Origin: an uncultured archaeon
Lineage (GTDB): Archaea > Thermoproteota > Nitrososphaeria > Nitrososphaerales > Gagatemarchaeaceae
Assembly (NCBI GenBank): GCA_963783755.1
Contig: CAWAOY010000003.1
Span: 42,608 to 106,607 of the forward strand
Direction: 5' to 3'
DNA: 64,000 bases
The notes beneath the pieces were generated by a model that was not told where the DNA came from, searched no databases, and was given only the letters and a program-made list of their open reading frames with translations. This document shows positions 1 through 9,146 of the stretch, one piece after another; the stretch's first letter is position 1; the number at the start of each line of letters is the position of its first letter. Made by a program: the position numbers and the translations under genes.

Positions 1-921
1 CCCGTTTCGAAGAAGGAAGTCTATCTCGTTCCTCAGGTTGGTCAGCAGCATCTCCGGCCCGTCGGTGTTTATCGTGTACTTGACCTTGCATTCGTTCAGC
101 TGCCGGAAGACCCGCTTCATGTCCCCAACCCCCTTCAGGACGCGGGTGTTGAGGTTCGACGAGGGGCAGAGCTCGAGGGTGACGCCCCGCTCGCGCAGCA
201 TCTCCAGGGTCTCCGCGTCCTCCGTCGCCCGGACCCCGTGGCCTATCCTCTGGGGCTCGAGGTGCTCGAGCACCTGCCGGACGGAGTTGTGCCCCTCGTC
301 TTCGCCGGCGTGGACCGTCAGCCCGAGCCCTTCTTTGCGCGCCCTCCTATAGAGGCCCTTGCAATCGGAGTAGTGGAAGCCCTTCCTCGCCGAGCCCGCG
401 ATGTCTATCCCCACCACGCCCCTGTTCTTGTACTTCAGGGCCTTCTCGAGGAGAATCTCATTGAGGTGGCTGTCGAAGGTCCTGTCCAGGCAGATGATTA
501 TCCCCGACTTTACTGGATACTCCGCCGACGCCCTGTCGAGGCCCCTCCCCGCGGCCATCATGATCTGGTCGAGGTCCCTCTCCCCGCCCCTGTTCCTTTT
601 CATCGGGTTGAACCTCAGCTCGATGAGCGTGATGTTGTTCTTGCGGTATGCCCCTGCTATCGTGTGGTATACGGAGTTCTCTATCGCGAGTGGGCTCGAC
701 TGGATGAGCTCGGTCCAGTGGAAGAGGTCAAGGTAGTCCTCGAACGACTTCACCTTCCGTGGGTTGACCGTTATCATGTCTACGAACCGCCAGTAGTCCT
801 TCGTGGGTAGCCTGATCCCCTGCGCGTGGGCTATCTCCCACATCACCGCCGGGTCGACAGAGCTCCCAAGGTGGACGTGGAGCTCCGCGAGCTGTGTGTG
901 CGGGCCTAGGAACTCGGGCAA
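1..921 (-). CDS. add: adenosine deaminase; 3' end runs off the left edge of the window
   Basis: My own minus-strand translation; absent from the ORF track because there is no stop inside the window. Reads LPEFLGPHTQLAELHVHLGSSVDP...GLTVHAGEDEGHNS...LELCPSSNLNT...YTINTDGPEM, with the HxH and HAGE metal-site motifs of the adenosine deaminase family. Frame is continuous from about 921 to 1. TTG start candidates at 921 and 933. Confidence 0.8.
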   Translation of the reverse strand, partial: MPEFLGPHTQLAELHVHLGSSVDPAVMWEIAHAQGIRLPTKDYWRFVDMITVNPRKVKSFEDYLDLFHWTELIQSSPLAIENSVYHTIAGAYRKNNITLIELRFNPMKRNRGGERDLDQIMMAAGRGLDRASAEYPVKSGIIICLDRTFDSHLNEILLEKALKYKNRGVVGIDIAGSARKGFHYSDCKGLYRRARKEGLGLTVHAGEDEGHNSVRQVLEHLEPQRIGHGVRATEDAETLEMLRERGVTLELCPSSNLNTRVLKGVGDMKRVFRQLNECKVKYTINTDGPEMLLTNLRNEIDFLLRNG

Positions 922-933
922 GCTATCAACCAA

Positions 934-2565
934 TCACTGGGGCTCTATCGTCGCGGGGGGCTTCGAAGAGATGGAGTATGCGACGCTGACGACCCCGTCG
1001 ACCTCATTGGTTATCCGGCTCGAGATTCTTTCCATCACGGCGTGGGGCATGCGGTACCAGTCTGCGGTCATCGCGTCGACGGACTCGACCGCCCTGACCG
1101 TGACCTGCGCCCCGACCGTCCGCTCGTCTCCCAGCACGCCGGTGACCCGGTCGTCGCCGAGGTATGCGAAGGCCTGCCAGACCTTGTCGTAGAGCTTCTC
1201 CTCCTTCATCACCCTCTCGACGATCGCGTTCGCGCCTCTGCACATGCGGACCTTCTCGGGCGTGACCTCCCCGATGATCCTGACCGCGAGACCGGGGCCG
1301 GGGAAGGGGTGGCGCCTCAGGACCTCCGGCGGGAGGCCGAGCAGAGACCCCAGCGCCCTCACCTCGTCCTTGTAGAGCTCCCTGAGGGGCTCGATGAGCT
1401 CCAGCTTCAGGTCCTTGGAGAGGCCCCCGACGTTGTGGTGAGTCTTGATGACCGAGGCGGGCGCGCTCGTCTGTCCGCTCTCTATCACGTCCGGATAGAG
1501 CGTCCCCTGCGCGAGGTACCTGAAAGGCCCCTTCTTCCTTGCATACTCCTCGAACTCCTCCGCGAAGACCTTCCCGATGATCTTCCTCTTCTTCTCCGGG
1601 TCTGAGACGCCCTTCAGGGCGTCCAAGAACCTCTTCGAGGCGTCAATTGACTCGAGTGGGACACCTAGGTCTCCCTTGAGGAACTTGGAGACCTCTGCGC
1701 CCTCTCCCTCTCTGAGGAGACCGGTGTCGATGAAGACGCACTGCAGCCTCTCGTGCAGTGCCTTGTTTAACAGGACGGAGGTCACGGAGGAGTCCACCCC
1801 TCCCGAGACGGCGCACAGCACCCTTCCCTCAGGAGTTTCCCTGAGCTCGCCCATTGTCTCCTCGAGGAAGCCTTCCATGCTCCACCTCTTCTCGGCGCGG
1901 CAGACGCCGAAGACGAAGTTGGAAAGTACCTCGCCCCCGTGCTCGGTGTGGACCACCTCCGGGTGGAACTGGACGCCGAACTGGAGGCCGTCGGATGAGC
2001 GGATTGCCGCGAAGGGAGAGTTGTCGCTGGTGGCCATCGGGACGAGGTCGCGGGGAAGCTTCGTCGCAGAGTCTCCGTGGCTCATCCAGCAGGTGATGCT
2101 GCTGTCGTCGATCCCCCTGAAGATGCTCGTGCGGTCGGTGATCCTGAGGCTGGACTTGCCGTACTCCCGTCTCGACGCTCGCTTGACCTCGCCGCCGTGC
2201 GCCTGGACCAACAGCTGGTACCCATAGCAGATTCCTAGGACGGGGATGGCCCCCGAGAAGATTGCCTTGTCGGGGTGAGGCGCTCCAGCGCCATACACGC
2301 TCGATGGGCCACCTGACAGGACGACGCCCTTGACCCCCGTCTCTTTCAGCGCGGACATGGGCGTGTCGAACGGGAGGAGTGCAGAGTAGACCCCAAGCCC
2401 CCTTATCCGCCTGGCGATGAGATGAGAGTATTGCCCTCCAAAGTCGAGCACGGCTATCCCGCCGCGGAGAAGGTTGAGGTCCTTCCTTGCGCTCCGGCCC
2501 CTCGCCGGCTGTGACGCGCTCGCGGGGTTTCTTGTCGTCGTCTGGGTCATGCTGGACGCGCGCAA
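934..2565 (-). CDS. guaA: GMP synthase (glutamine-hydrolysing), single-chain form with GATase and ATP-pyrophosphatase domains
   Basis: Intact 543-aa ORF. GATase part: VLDFGGQYSHLIARRIR, ICYGYQLL, FHPEV. ATP-PPase part: CAVSGGVDSSV P-loop, KTHHNVGGL, C-terminal SSKPPATIEPQ. The ATG at 2549 (MTQTTTRNP) is a likelier start than the track's TTG at 2565. Confidence 0.95.
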   Translation of the reverse strand: MRASSMTQTTTRNPASASQPARGRSARKDLNLLRGGIAVLDFGGQYSHLIARRIRGLGVYSALLPFDTPMSALKETGVKGVVLSGGPSSVYGAGAPHPDKAIFSGAIPVLGICYGYQLLVQAHGGEVKRASRREYGKSSLRITDRTSIFRGIDDSSITCWMSHGDSATKLPRDLVPMATSDNSPFAAIRSSDGLQFGVQFHPEVVHTEHGGEVLSNFVFGVCRAEKRWSMEGFLEETMGELRETPEGRVLCAVSGGVDSSVTSVLLNKALHERLQCVFIDTGLLREGEGAEVSKFLKGDLGVPLESIDASKRFLDALKGVSDPEKKRKIIGKVFAEEFEEYARKKGPFRYLAQGTLYPDVIESGQTSAPASVIKTHHNVGGLSKDLKLELIEPLRELYKDEVRALGSLLGLPPEVLRRHPFPGPGLAVRIIGEVTPEKVRMCRGANAIVERVMKEEKLYDKVWQAFAYLGDDRVTGVLGDERTVGAQVTVRAVESVDAMTADWYRMPHAVMERISSRITNEVDGVVSVAYSISSKPPATIEPQ

Positions 2566-2571
2566 GCACTC

Positions 2572-3672
2572 TCACTTCAAGGTCAGAGAATGGACTCCGA
2601 GCTCGGTGGTGCCCTGCGGGGAGACGTATCCGAACGAGGCGACGCTCCAGAGGTCCTGGACGCTCCTCGCGCCCGAGTAGCCGAACGACGCCTTCAACCC
2701 GTTCTCCATCTTCGCGACCACGTCGGCGGCCTTGCCCGAGTAGGCTACGTACGCCTCCACGCCCTCCTCGAGCCCCTTGGCGGGGACGCTGTACCTGTCG
2801 AGCGCGAACCTGACGTTCCTCGCAGCCGCGCTGGCCATCCCTCTGTGGACCTTCATCTTCCTGCCGTCCTTGACGACCAGCTTCGAGGGAGACTCGTCGG
2901 CTCCCGCCAGCATCGAGCCCAGCATCACGGTGGACGCCCCCGCGGCGAGGGCGAGCGAGGCGTCCCCCGCGCCGCGTATCCCGCCGTCCGCGATTATCGG
3001 CACGTCTGAGTTGAGCTCGCTCACCGCGGTCGCCACCTCTGAGACCGCAAAGAGCGTCGGCGCCCCCACGCGCGTCACCTCGGAGGTGATGCAGACCGAG
3101 CCTGAGCCGATCCCCACCCTGAACCCGTCGACCCGGGGGAGTTCGCTGATAATGTCGCGCACCGCCCTCCTCGTCCCGATGTTGCCGGCGATGAAGTCCT
3201 TGCTGAGGTTGGGGAGGAGCCTGGCGGTGACCTTCAGCAGGTTCGAGTTGTGGAAGTGCGCGACGTCCGAGACCAGAAAGTCCGCGACCCTGTCCAATGC
3301 CTCGCACCGCTTCGTGTCGAGGGGCGAGACCGAGGCGCCCACGAGCGGCCTGCCCTTCGCATCAGCGGTCTTCGCCTCCACCTTCGCGGACTTGGCCTTC
3401 TTCACCTGCTCAACTTGCGTCTCAATGCTCATGTTTCGGTGTATCACCCCCACCGCGCCTATCCTCGCGAGCTCGGCCGCCATCCTCCACTCGGTCACCG
3501 TGTCCATGGGGGACGAGACCAGGGGCAGACTGAGCTTGATTTTCTTGGTCAGGTTGGAGGCGAGGTCGATGTCCTTCGGCTCCACCTCGCTCCGGCCAGG
3601 AAGGAGGATGAAGTCTCGAAAAGTGTAAGCTTGAGACGCGTTCTTGAGCTTCGTGACAAAACTTAGTGGCAA
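2572..3672 (-). CDS. IMP dehydrogenase family protein lacking the CBS (Bateman) subdomain
   Basis: Intact 366-aa ORF. Motifs: FRDFILLPG, SSPMDTVTE, catalytic loop GIGSGSVCITSEV, IIADGGIRGAGD, MLGSMLAG, HRGMAS. A short linker (KSAKVEAKTADAKGRP) sits where the ~120-aa CBS pair normally lies. TTG start. Confidence 0.8.
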   Translation of the reverse strand: MPLSFVTKLKNASQAYTFRDFILLPGRSEVEPKDIDLASNLTKKIKLSLPLVSSPMDTVTEWRMAAELARIGAVGVIHRNMSIETQVEQVKKAKSAKVEAKTADAKGRPLVGASVSPLDTKRCEALDRVADFLVSDVAHFHNSNLLKVTARLLPNLSKDFIAGNIGTRRAVRDIISELPRVDGFRVGIGSGSVCITSEVTRVGAPTLFAVSEVATAVSELNSDVPIIADGGIRGAGDASLALAAGASTVMLGSMLAGADESPSKLVVKDGRKMKVHRGMASAAARNVRFALDRYSVPAKGLEEGVEAYVAYSGKAADVVAKMENGLKASFGYSGARSVQDLWSVASFGYVSPQGTTELGVHSLTLK

Positions 3673-3762
3673 GGAATCAATCGACCCTTACCAAAGGGCG
3701 CACCCCGCAGTGATATAATAAGCGTTTCGAGTCGGAGACGGAACTAGACGTCTTTGAGGCCT

Positions 3763-4479
3763 GTCACGGCATCGGTCCCTGCCGCGCCTTCAGCTCGCTC
3801 TCCGCCTCCTGGATGTCCTTGACGGAGTCGACCAACGACCAGAAGCCCCTGTAGGGGTAGGCCATGACCTGGCCGGAGGCTGCGAGCCTGGGGAACGTCT
3901 CCCTCTCGATGTCTCCCTTTTCTGGGAGGTCTTTCAGAGAGCCTCCTTGCGTTCCCGACGTATATCCCCCCGTTTATCCAGACGTCAGGGAAGACCGGCT
4001 TCTCCTCGAAGGACTTTACAAAGCTCTTCGCTTGTCGATGTGGACGATGCCAAACCTCGACTTGTAGGGGACCAGGAGGAGCGTGATGGCGGGAGAAGGC
4101 TTCGCCGACCTCTGGGCTGCCACCATGTCCCCGAGCTTCAGGTCGGTGATGATGTCCCCGTTCAGCATGGCGACGTCTTCGTCGCCGATGCCCTTCTCCA
4201 CGATGGCCTTCCGAAAGGCGCCGCCCGTGCCTAGGGGCGTGTCCTCGACGCTGTAGTCTACCTTGACCCCGTGGTAGTCGTCTCCGAAGTGCTCCTTGAG
4301 CCGCTCCCACTTCCAGCCGCAGAGGAAGACCACCTTCTCGAGGTCGACGTTGCCCGGAGCCAGTCTAGCTGCCACTCCGCGATGGGCTTCCCGGCCACCC
4401 CGACGAGAGGCTTCGGCTTGTCGTCCGTGAACGGCCTCAGCCTGAGGCCCTTGCCACCGGCGAGGATGAGAGCCTTCAA
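3763..4479 (-). CDS. sugar-1-phosphate nucleotidylyltransferase (NTP_transferase family), at least 3 apparent frameshifts
   Basis: N-terminus [26 protein letters not shown]. It continues in other frames: [74 protein letters not shown]. Reconstructed stop at 3763-3765. Confidence 0.75.
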
Positions 4480-4560
4480 GGAGCCAAGAACCCCGTAGGC
4501 TCAGGAGTAGAGTCAGGCAAGGATAGCTTGGCTGAGGCGCCTTCGGACGATATTTAGCTC

Positions 4561-5437
4561 TTAGTCGAGGATGAACCGCGCGAGCTCGGGTTTGCCCCTG
4601 GTCGAGACGTAGACCCCGGGGAGGCCGCTCTCCCGCATCTTCTCCACCACCATCTTGGACTCCTTGATCAGCCTCGCCTCTCCCCCCTCCACGGCGAGCC
4701 TGTCCGCCACGTCCGGGATCTTCCAGCCGAAGCGCGCCCTGCACGCGTCGATGTCCTCCTTGTCCCGGAACGGGAAGACGTTGAGCAGGACGCTCGGCCT
4801 GAGCCCCTTGGCGTCGAGGAGTCGCAGGTGCTCCGGGAAGGAGACCGAGACGTCTGAGGTGGGCGGCTGCGCCAGGAGGCAGTCTGCCCCGCTCTCCAGG
4901 CGGGACGACGCTATCGAGGCCCCCTTCTTGGTTTCAAGGGCCGCGACGTTGACGGGGGCGAGTATCGTGGCGCTGACGTTCGCCCTGTCCGCGAGGGCCC
5001 TCATCTCTTTGATCGCCTCAGAGAGCGAGGGGTAGTCGTAGACGTTCGCGGAGCCCTCGCCGTCGTTGTATCGGTCCCCCCAGACCAGCATCACCGAGTC
5101 TAGGCCGTAGGAGAGGGCGGTCAGGAAGAGGGTCCTCACGCCCAGAGCGGTTGGTGTCCCTCACCGCGATGACGGGAATGACCTCCGTGTCGAGCTCCTG
5201 CTTCAGCATCGCCGCGGTGTAGATGCTCGATAGCTTCAGCCTCCCGAGGTCCTTCATGTCGGCCACGACGAAGCAGTCGACGAGGTTCTCCACCTTCTTG
5301 ACCCTCGAGACGACGTCCTGGGTCTTCTGCCTCAGCCCGAGGAGCGGCTCCTTCGCGGTCTCAGCGCTGAAGTTGGGCGGGAAGATCTCCACGACGGTGG
5401 TGAAGATGCCCCTCTTCAGCCGCTCCGCTAGCCTCAA
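4561..5437 (-). CDS. methylenetetrahydrofolate reductase-like (MetF family) protein, 1 apparent frameshift near 5140-5160
   Basis: Two ORF pieces, 5018..5437 and 4561..5139. Text: TVVEIFPPNF...CFVVADMKD...IPVIAVRDTNR then LFLTALSYGLDSVMLVWGDRY...CLLAQPPTSD. The layout resembles MTHFR (E-x-FPP, RD-x-N, GD, QP). TTG start at 5437, directly after the upstream TGA. Confidence 0.5.
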
Positions 5438-5745
5438 TCACTCTATCACTTTCTGGCGGTAGGACTGGGTCCCGGACAGCGATCGACGCCTCCGCCCTTC
5501 CGAGCTCCAGCGTCAGGTAGGAGAGGTGCCTGCGGCTCAGTCCAAGCGAGTCCGCCTCGTCGTTCAGGGTCTGGAAGAGCCGCTCGGCGGACTTGGAGCG
5601 GTACCGCTTCTTCGCGACGTGGTCGTAGGTGTAGTAGGTGACGACGATCTCCTTGGTCTCCCTGCTGACCGAGACCAGGAAGTAGCCGCCGGGGTCGTAC
5701 TCCTTCGCGGTGAGGTGGGAGGCCGAGGCCTCTTCCGGCCTCGCC
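5438..5745 (-). CDS. small alpha/beta-domain protein, tentatively DUF4346-like; start unresolved, frameshift near the 3' end
   Basis: Minus-strand frame reads AKEYDPGGYFLVSVSRETKEIVVTYYTYDHVAKKRYRSKSAERLFQTLNDEADSLGLSRRHLSYLTLELGRAEASIA. A 1-nt shift gives ...GTQSYRQKVIE and a stop at 5438-5440. The family assignment is from memory of DPxGYF and YLGxELxKAE patterns only. No start codon is visible in this frame, so it may be fused to, or mis-joined with, the upstream MetE paralogue. Confidence 0.3.
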
Positions 5746-6698
5746 GAAGCAGGCGTCGTCCCTGGCGAGGGCGAGCACGACGTTCTTCTCGTAGGCGACC
5801 TCGCGGTTGAGGTTCCTCTGCCCGCAGTGCGGGTGGACGAACTGGATCCTGTCCTTCCCGAGCCTGGCCTCCGCGAAGGCGATGAGGCGCTTCGTCTCGT
5901 CGACGGTCTCGACCCTCAGTGCTCTGGCTGTCGGTGCAGCCCGAGCCCTATCTTCTGGTCGTAGCTCTTCTTGCTCGCCTCCTCGAAGAGCTTCGGGTAG
6001 TGGTAGAAGTCGAGGGAGATGGTGTCGACCTTAGTCTTGGTGAGCAGCGAGGAGAAGATCCTCGACCGCGTCGCCGCAGGCATGGACGACGACCGGGAGC
6101 TTCGCGACGGACGCGATCTCCTCGTAGAGGCCCAGGATGTAGTCCGGGGTCGAACGACTCGGCCGCGAGGGTCGGCGAGTCGAGCTGGATCCACGAGACG
6201 CGCCTTCGAGTCCTGCAGGTCCTCGATCTCCGGTATGATCGATCTTCCTGTTGATCTCGCGGGCGAGCTCCCTCGTGTCGGCGTAGCTGCCGGTGTTGAT
6301 CTTCGCGAACCGGGCGAGGGTGTACGCGTCGGTGATCGGCTCCTTCAGCTCGTAGTGCGACGGGGAGCACGCTCCTCGCGTGGAGGACGTCGGCCAGCCT
6401 GTATCGAGCCCGACCCTCGAATCTTCCCGTTGACGTAGGCGTCGGCTCCCTGCCACGTGATCCCCTTGACGAACTTCGGGTCGAGGAAGAGAGAGTAGAG
6501 GTCTCCTCTGCGACTGGCCGGTCGAGGGGACGTCGACGCCCGCGGAGGTGAAGTCCTTGAGCGCCTCCTCCATCGACCAGAGGTAGGGGTCGACGACCTC
6601 CTCCCCCAGGCCGTGCCGCGATATCGTGTAGTAGTACTCGACGTCCTCGGCTCGGGGAACGTCGGGTAGCTCCCGATGGTCGTGACCCGCGGGATCAA
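5746..6698 (-). CDS. cobalamin-independent methionine synthase family protein (MetE C-terminal-domain type), paralogue 2, heavily frameshifted (at least 5)
   Basis: Pieces in three frames: IPRVTTIGSYPTFPEP, VVDPYLWSMEEALKDFTSAGVDV, DLYSLFLDPKFVKGITWQGADAYVNGKI, YELKEPITDAYTLARFAKINTGSYADTRELAREINRKI, YILGLYEEIASVAKLPVVVHACGD, VDTISLDFYHYPKLFEEASKKSYDQKIGLG, VETVDETKRLIAFAEARLGKDRIQFVHPHCGQRNL. The TTG start overlaps the upstream stop (TTGA). Confidence 0.65.
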
Positions 6699-7893
6699 CC
6701 GGACTTGCGCCTCGCGAGCTCGGCGCCCCCGACCACGAGGTCGAGCATCTTCTGCGCTATCTCGGGGCGCCTGGTGCGAAGGCCGCAGTCGGGGTTGACG
6801 TAGAGGTTCTCAGGCGGCGAGGTCGGTCACCTTCGCCGAGTACAGCATGCGGTCCCTGACCACCTCGACGCTGGGGAGCGTGTCGGTGTGGATGTGGATG
6901 ACGCCCACCCCGAGCTCCTTCTTGTACCCGTACTCCTTGAAGAGCTTGAGGTCCTCGAACCCGACCCTCGACTTGGCGTCGAGGCCCCTCGTCGAAGGTG
7001 TCTCGGTTGCCGTACTCGAAGCGAGAAGCGCTCGCACTTCTTCATCTCCAGGAGGTGGGGGAAGAGGATCCCGTAGCCCAGGCTCGGGAGGGAAGCAGCT
7101 GTGGACGCTGAACGTGGCGTCGAGCCCCTTGGTGGTCTCGTTGAACGACTCCGCGACGAGCTTGATGTCGTCCTCGGACTGGTACTGGGTCGCGGCCGGG
7201 ATGTCTATCTGGACCTCCTCGACGCCCTTCTCGATGAGCTCGCGGATGACCCTCCTGATTATCTTGGCGAGCTCCAGGGTGAACTCGCGCCTGGCGCTGA
7301 AGCTCCTCTTCGCCGGGGGGAGCCCCGCCTTCTTCGCCCACTTGCCGGTGTAGTAGTTGTTGTCGGACCACGCCATTATCGTGATGGCGTCGGTCACGGG
7401 GACCTTGACCTTCCGCTCGGCGTGCTTCTGGGTGAAGAGCAGCTCGTCGAGGTGGTAGTTCTCCTTGTACTTGGGGGCGGACCTGATCGAGGCCATCCTC
7501 CAGTACTTGTTGTCGAAGCTCCTCACCCTGCCCGACGAACTCGAAGCCTTCGATGTTGGAGACGGGGGTCTCGTACATCTCGGTCCTCGCCTGCTCGCCG
7601 CTCCAGACCAGGTCGAGCCCGGGCTCCTTCGCGACGCCCTGGCCGGCGGTCTCGCACATCCTTATCGCGTAGAGGAGGGAGAAGTCGACGATGGTCTTCT
7701 TCTCCTCGTCGCTGAAGGAGTAGCGCTTCGAGAGCAGCCTGTAGAGGTCTGTCCTCCCGTCCACCTGGAGCCGGTCGCCCCACTCCCTCGCGGCCTCGAG
7801 GTCGTCGTCGGTGAGCGCCATCAGCCTGAAAGGCTTGGTCCTCCAGCCGAACTTCGGGAGGCTGCCTATCTCCTGCGTGGGGAAGGCCTTCAC
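6695..7893 (-). CDS. metE: cobalamin-independent methionine synthase family protein (MetE C-terminal-domain type), paralogue 1, about 3 frameshifts
   Basis: Text: KAFPTQEIGSLPKFGWRTKP...VWSGEQARTEMYETPVSNIEGFEF, then SFDNKYWRMASI...VQIDIPAATQ...FSVHSCFPP, then LEYGNRDTF (other frame), GVGVIHIHTD, and finally ENLYVNPDCGLRTRRPEIAQKMLDLV. The GTG start overlaps the upstream stop (GTGA). Confidence 0.75.
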
Positions 7894-8912
7894 TTCGCTC
7901 CCCTCCTCGAGGATGCCTTCGCCTTCTGCGGGGCGCCTCCTCTCCGCACCCTCGCTCTGAGCCTACCCAGGAGCTCGAGCTTCTCGTCGGCGCTGACCCG
8001 GGGGATGTACCTGAGGTCGGAAGAGGGCGCGAGAGTGAGCGTCTTGGTGCCCGTCCGGTCCACCACCGCCTCGACGCGGGCGGCGAGCGACTCCACGTCC
8101 TCGAGGTATGTCGTGCGCGAGTCGACCAGTCCGGCTATGACCCCCTTGTTGGTCGCCGAGAGCGAAGAGTCGTCGGTCTGCGTAAGGTCGACGCCCACGT
8201 CGTCGGTCGGGATCGCGTCGAAGAGCTCTGGGAGGTAGGGGAGGCGTCCCCGAAGAACGGGTAGAACCCGCTCCTCAAGCGAGACCCCTTTCAGCGCGCT
8301 CCTGACGGCCTCGCCGAGCTGGCCGAGCTCTGAGCGCGAGAACGGCTTCTGCTTGAGCCTGTAGACCAGGCTGGGGGCTGAGAACTGCACGTACTTTACA
8401 CCCGAGGGACGAGAGGGTCCGCAGCTCCCCCGTATGGCGTCGGCGTAGGCGAACTGCAGCTTCTCCTTGCTCCCGTAGTGCCTGTCCTCCGCGAGCTCCG
8501 CGAACGTTAGCGGGTCGGGGAGGATTATCTTCAGCGAGGAGCCGTGATCGACGAACCTCCTCTCTATGACCTTCGAGAGGACCTTGCCGTCGCTCGAGAT
8601 CGCCCCCTTCACGATGGGCGTGTAGAAGAAAGTGTTGGTGTTGAACCACCTCACCATCGGCCCGGGCTCGAGCCCCTCGAACCCCGAGCTTATCGGCCGG
8701 AAGAGGTCCTGCCAGGCGAGCGTGATCTGCCCGTCGGTGATGTATTCCGCCCCGACGTGCCTCTGGAGCTCGACGAGCGACTCGCAGTCCTTGTCGAAGG
8801 ACTCCTTCAGCGTCACCTCGTTGATCCTGCTCCTCTCCCAATCCTGGGTGGCCTGGATGGTCCTCTCGTTCCTCGCGTGAAGACCGGTCAATGAAACCTG
8901 GTATTCTGTCAA
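7890..8912 (-). CDS. MetE N-terminal-domain-like protein (Meth_synt_1-like), stand-alone
   Basis: 340-aa ORF. Text: GLHARNERTIQATQDWE...ITDGQITLAWQDLFRPI...MVRWFNTNTFFYTPIV...IILPDPLTFAEL...VKYVQFSAPSLV. It resembles the non-catalytic N-terminal barrel of two-domain MetE, with no His/Cys zinc motif. The extreme C-terminus (RRGGAPQKAKASSRRGAK) may be affected by an indel. Confidence 0.6.
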   Translation of the reverse strand: MTEYQVSLTGLHARNERTIQATQDWERSRINEVTLKESFDKDCESLVELQRHVGAEYITDGQITLAWQDLFRPISSGFEGLEPGPMVRWFNTNTFFYTPIVKGAISSDGKVLSKVIERRFVDHGSSLKIILPDPLTFAELAEDRHYGSKEKLQFAYADAIRGSCGPSRPSGVKYVQFSAPSLVYRLKQKPFSRSELGQLGEAVRSALKGVSLEERVLPVLRGRLPYLPELFDAIPTDDVGVDLTQTDDSSLSATNKGVIAGLVDSRTTYLEDVESLAARVEAVVDRTGTKTLTLAPSSDLRYIPRVSADEKLELLGRLRARVRRGGAPQKAKASSRRGAK

Positions 8913-9001
8913 CTCCAGGCGCCTCCCAAAGTGCGGGGTAAAAGCTTCGCCAAGAGTCCGAGCGAATTATTCATATCTTATAAGTTGTTCTGACGCGGTT
9001 A

Positions 9002-9036
9002 TTCCTTCGCTCATTATCTAAGGTGAGGCGAAGGAA
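9002..9036 (-). terminator. perfect 9-bp inverted repeat (TTCCTTCGC, 17-nt loop, GCGAAGGAA) downstream of the dehydrogenase gene region
   Basis: Read directly at 9002-9010 and 9028-9036. It lies about 19 nt beyond the stop of the minus-strand ORF ending at 9055 and upstream of the metE-like operon. Function is unproven. Confidence 0.25.
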
Positions 9037-9146
9037 CGCGGGGCAAGGTAGTGGCTACTTGCGCTGCTTCGCGACTACCAGTTGCGGGACCGGCGGCGGG
9101 GCTTCCGCGCTCTGGGCGGCCGACATCTTGGAGATGGCAGACAGCA

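Noticed and set aside
1829-3307. Long ORFs overlapping known genes on the opposite strand or in another frame. Examples: 1829..3307 (492 aa), 238..810, 17202..18155, 25407..26084, 42660..43589, 44836..45771 (3' part), and the N-terminal 245 aa of 54969..56315.
   Set aside because: Their Arg/Gly/Pro/Ala-rich low-complexity translations are typical of shadow frames in high-GC DNA. Each lies antisense to or out of frame with a gene that has clear family motifs.
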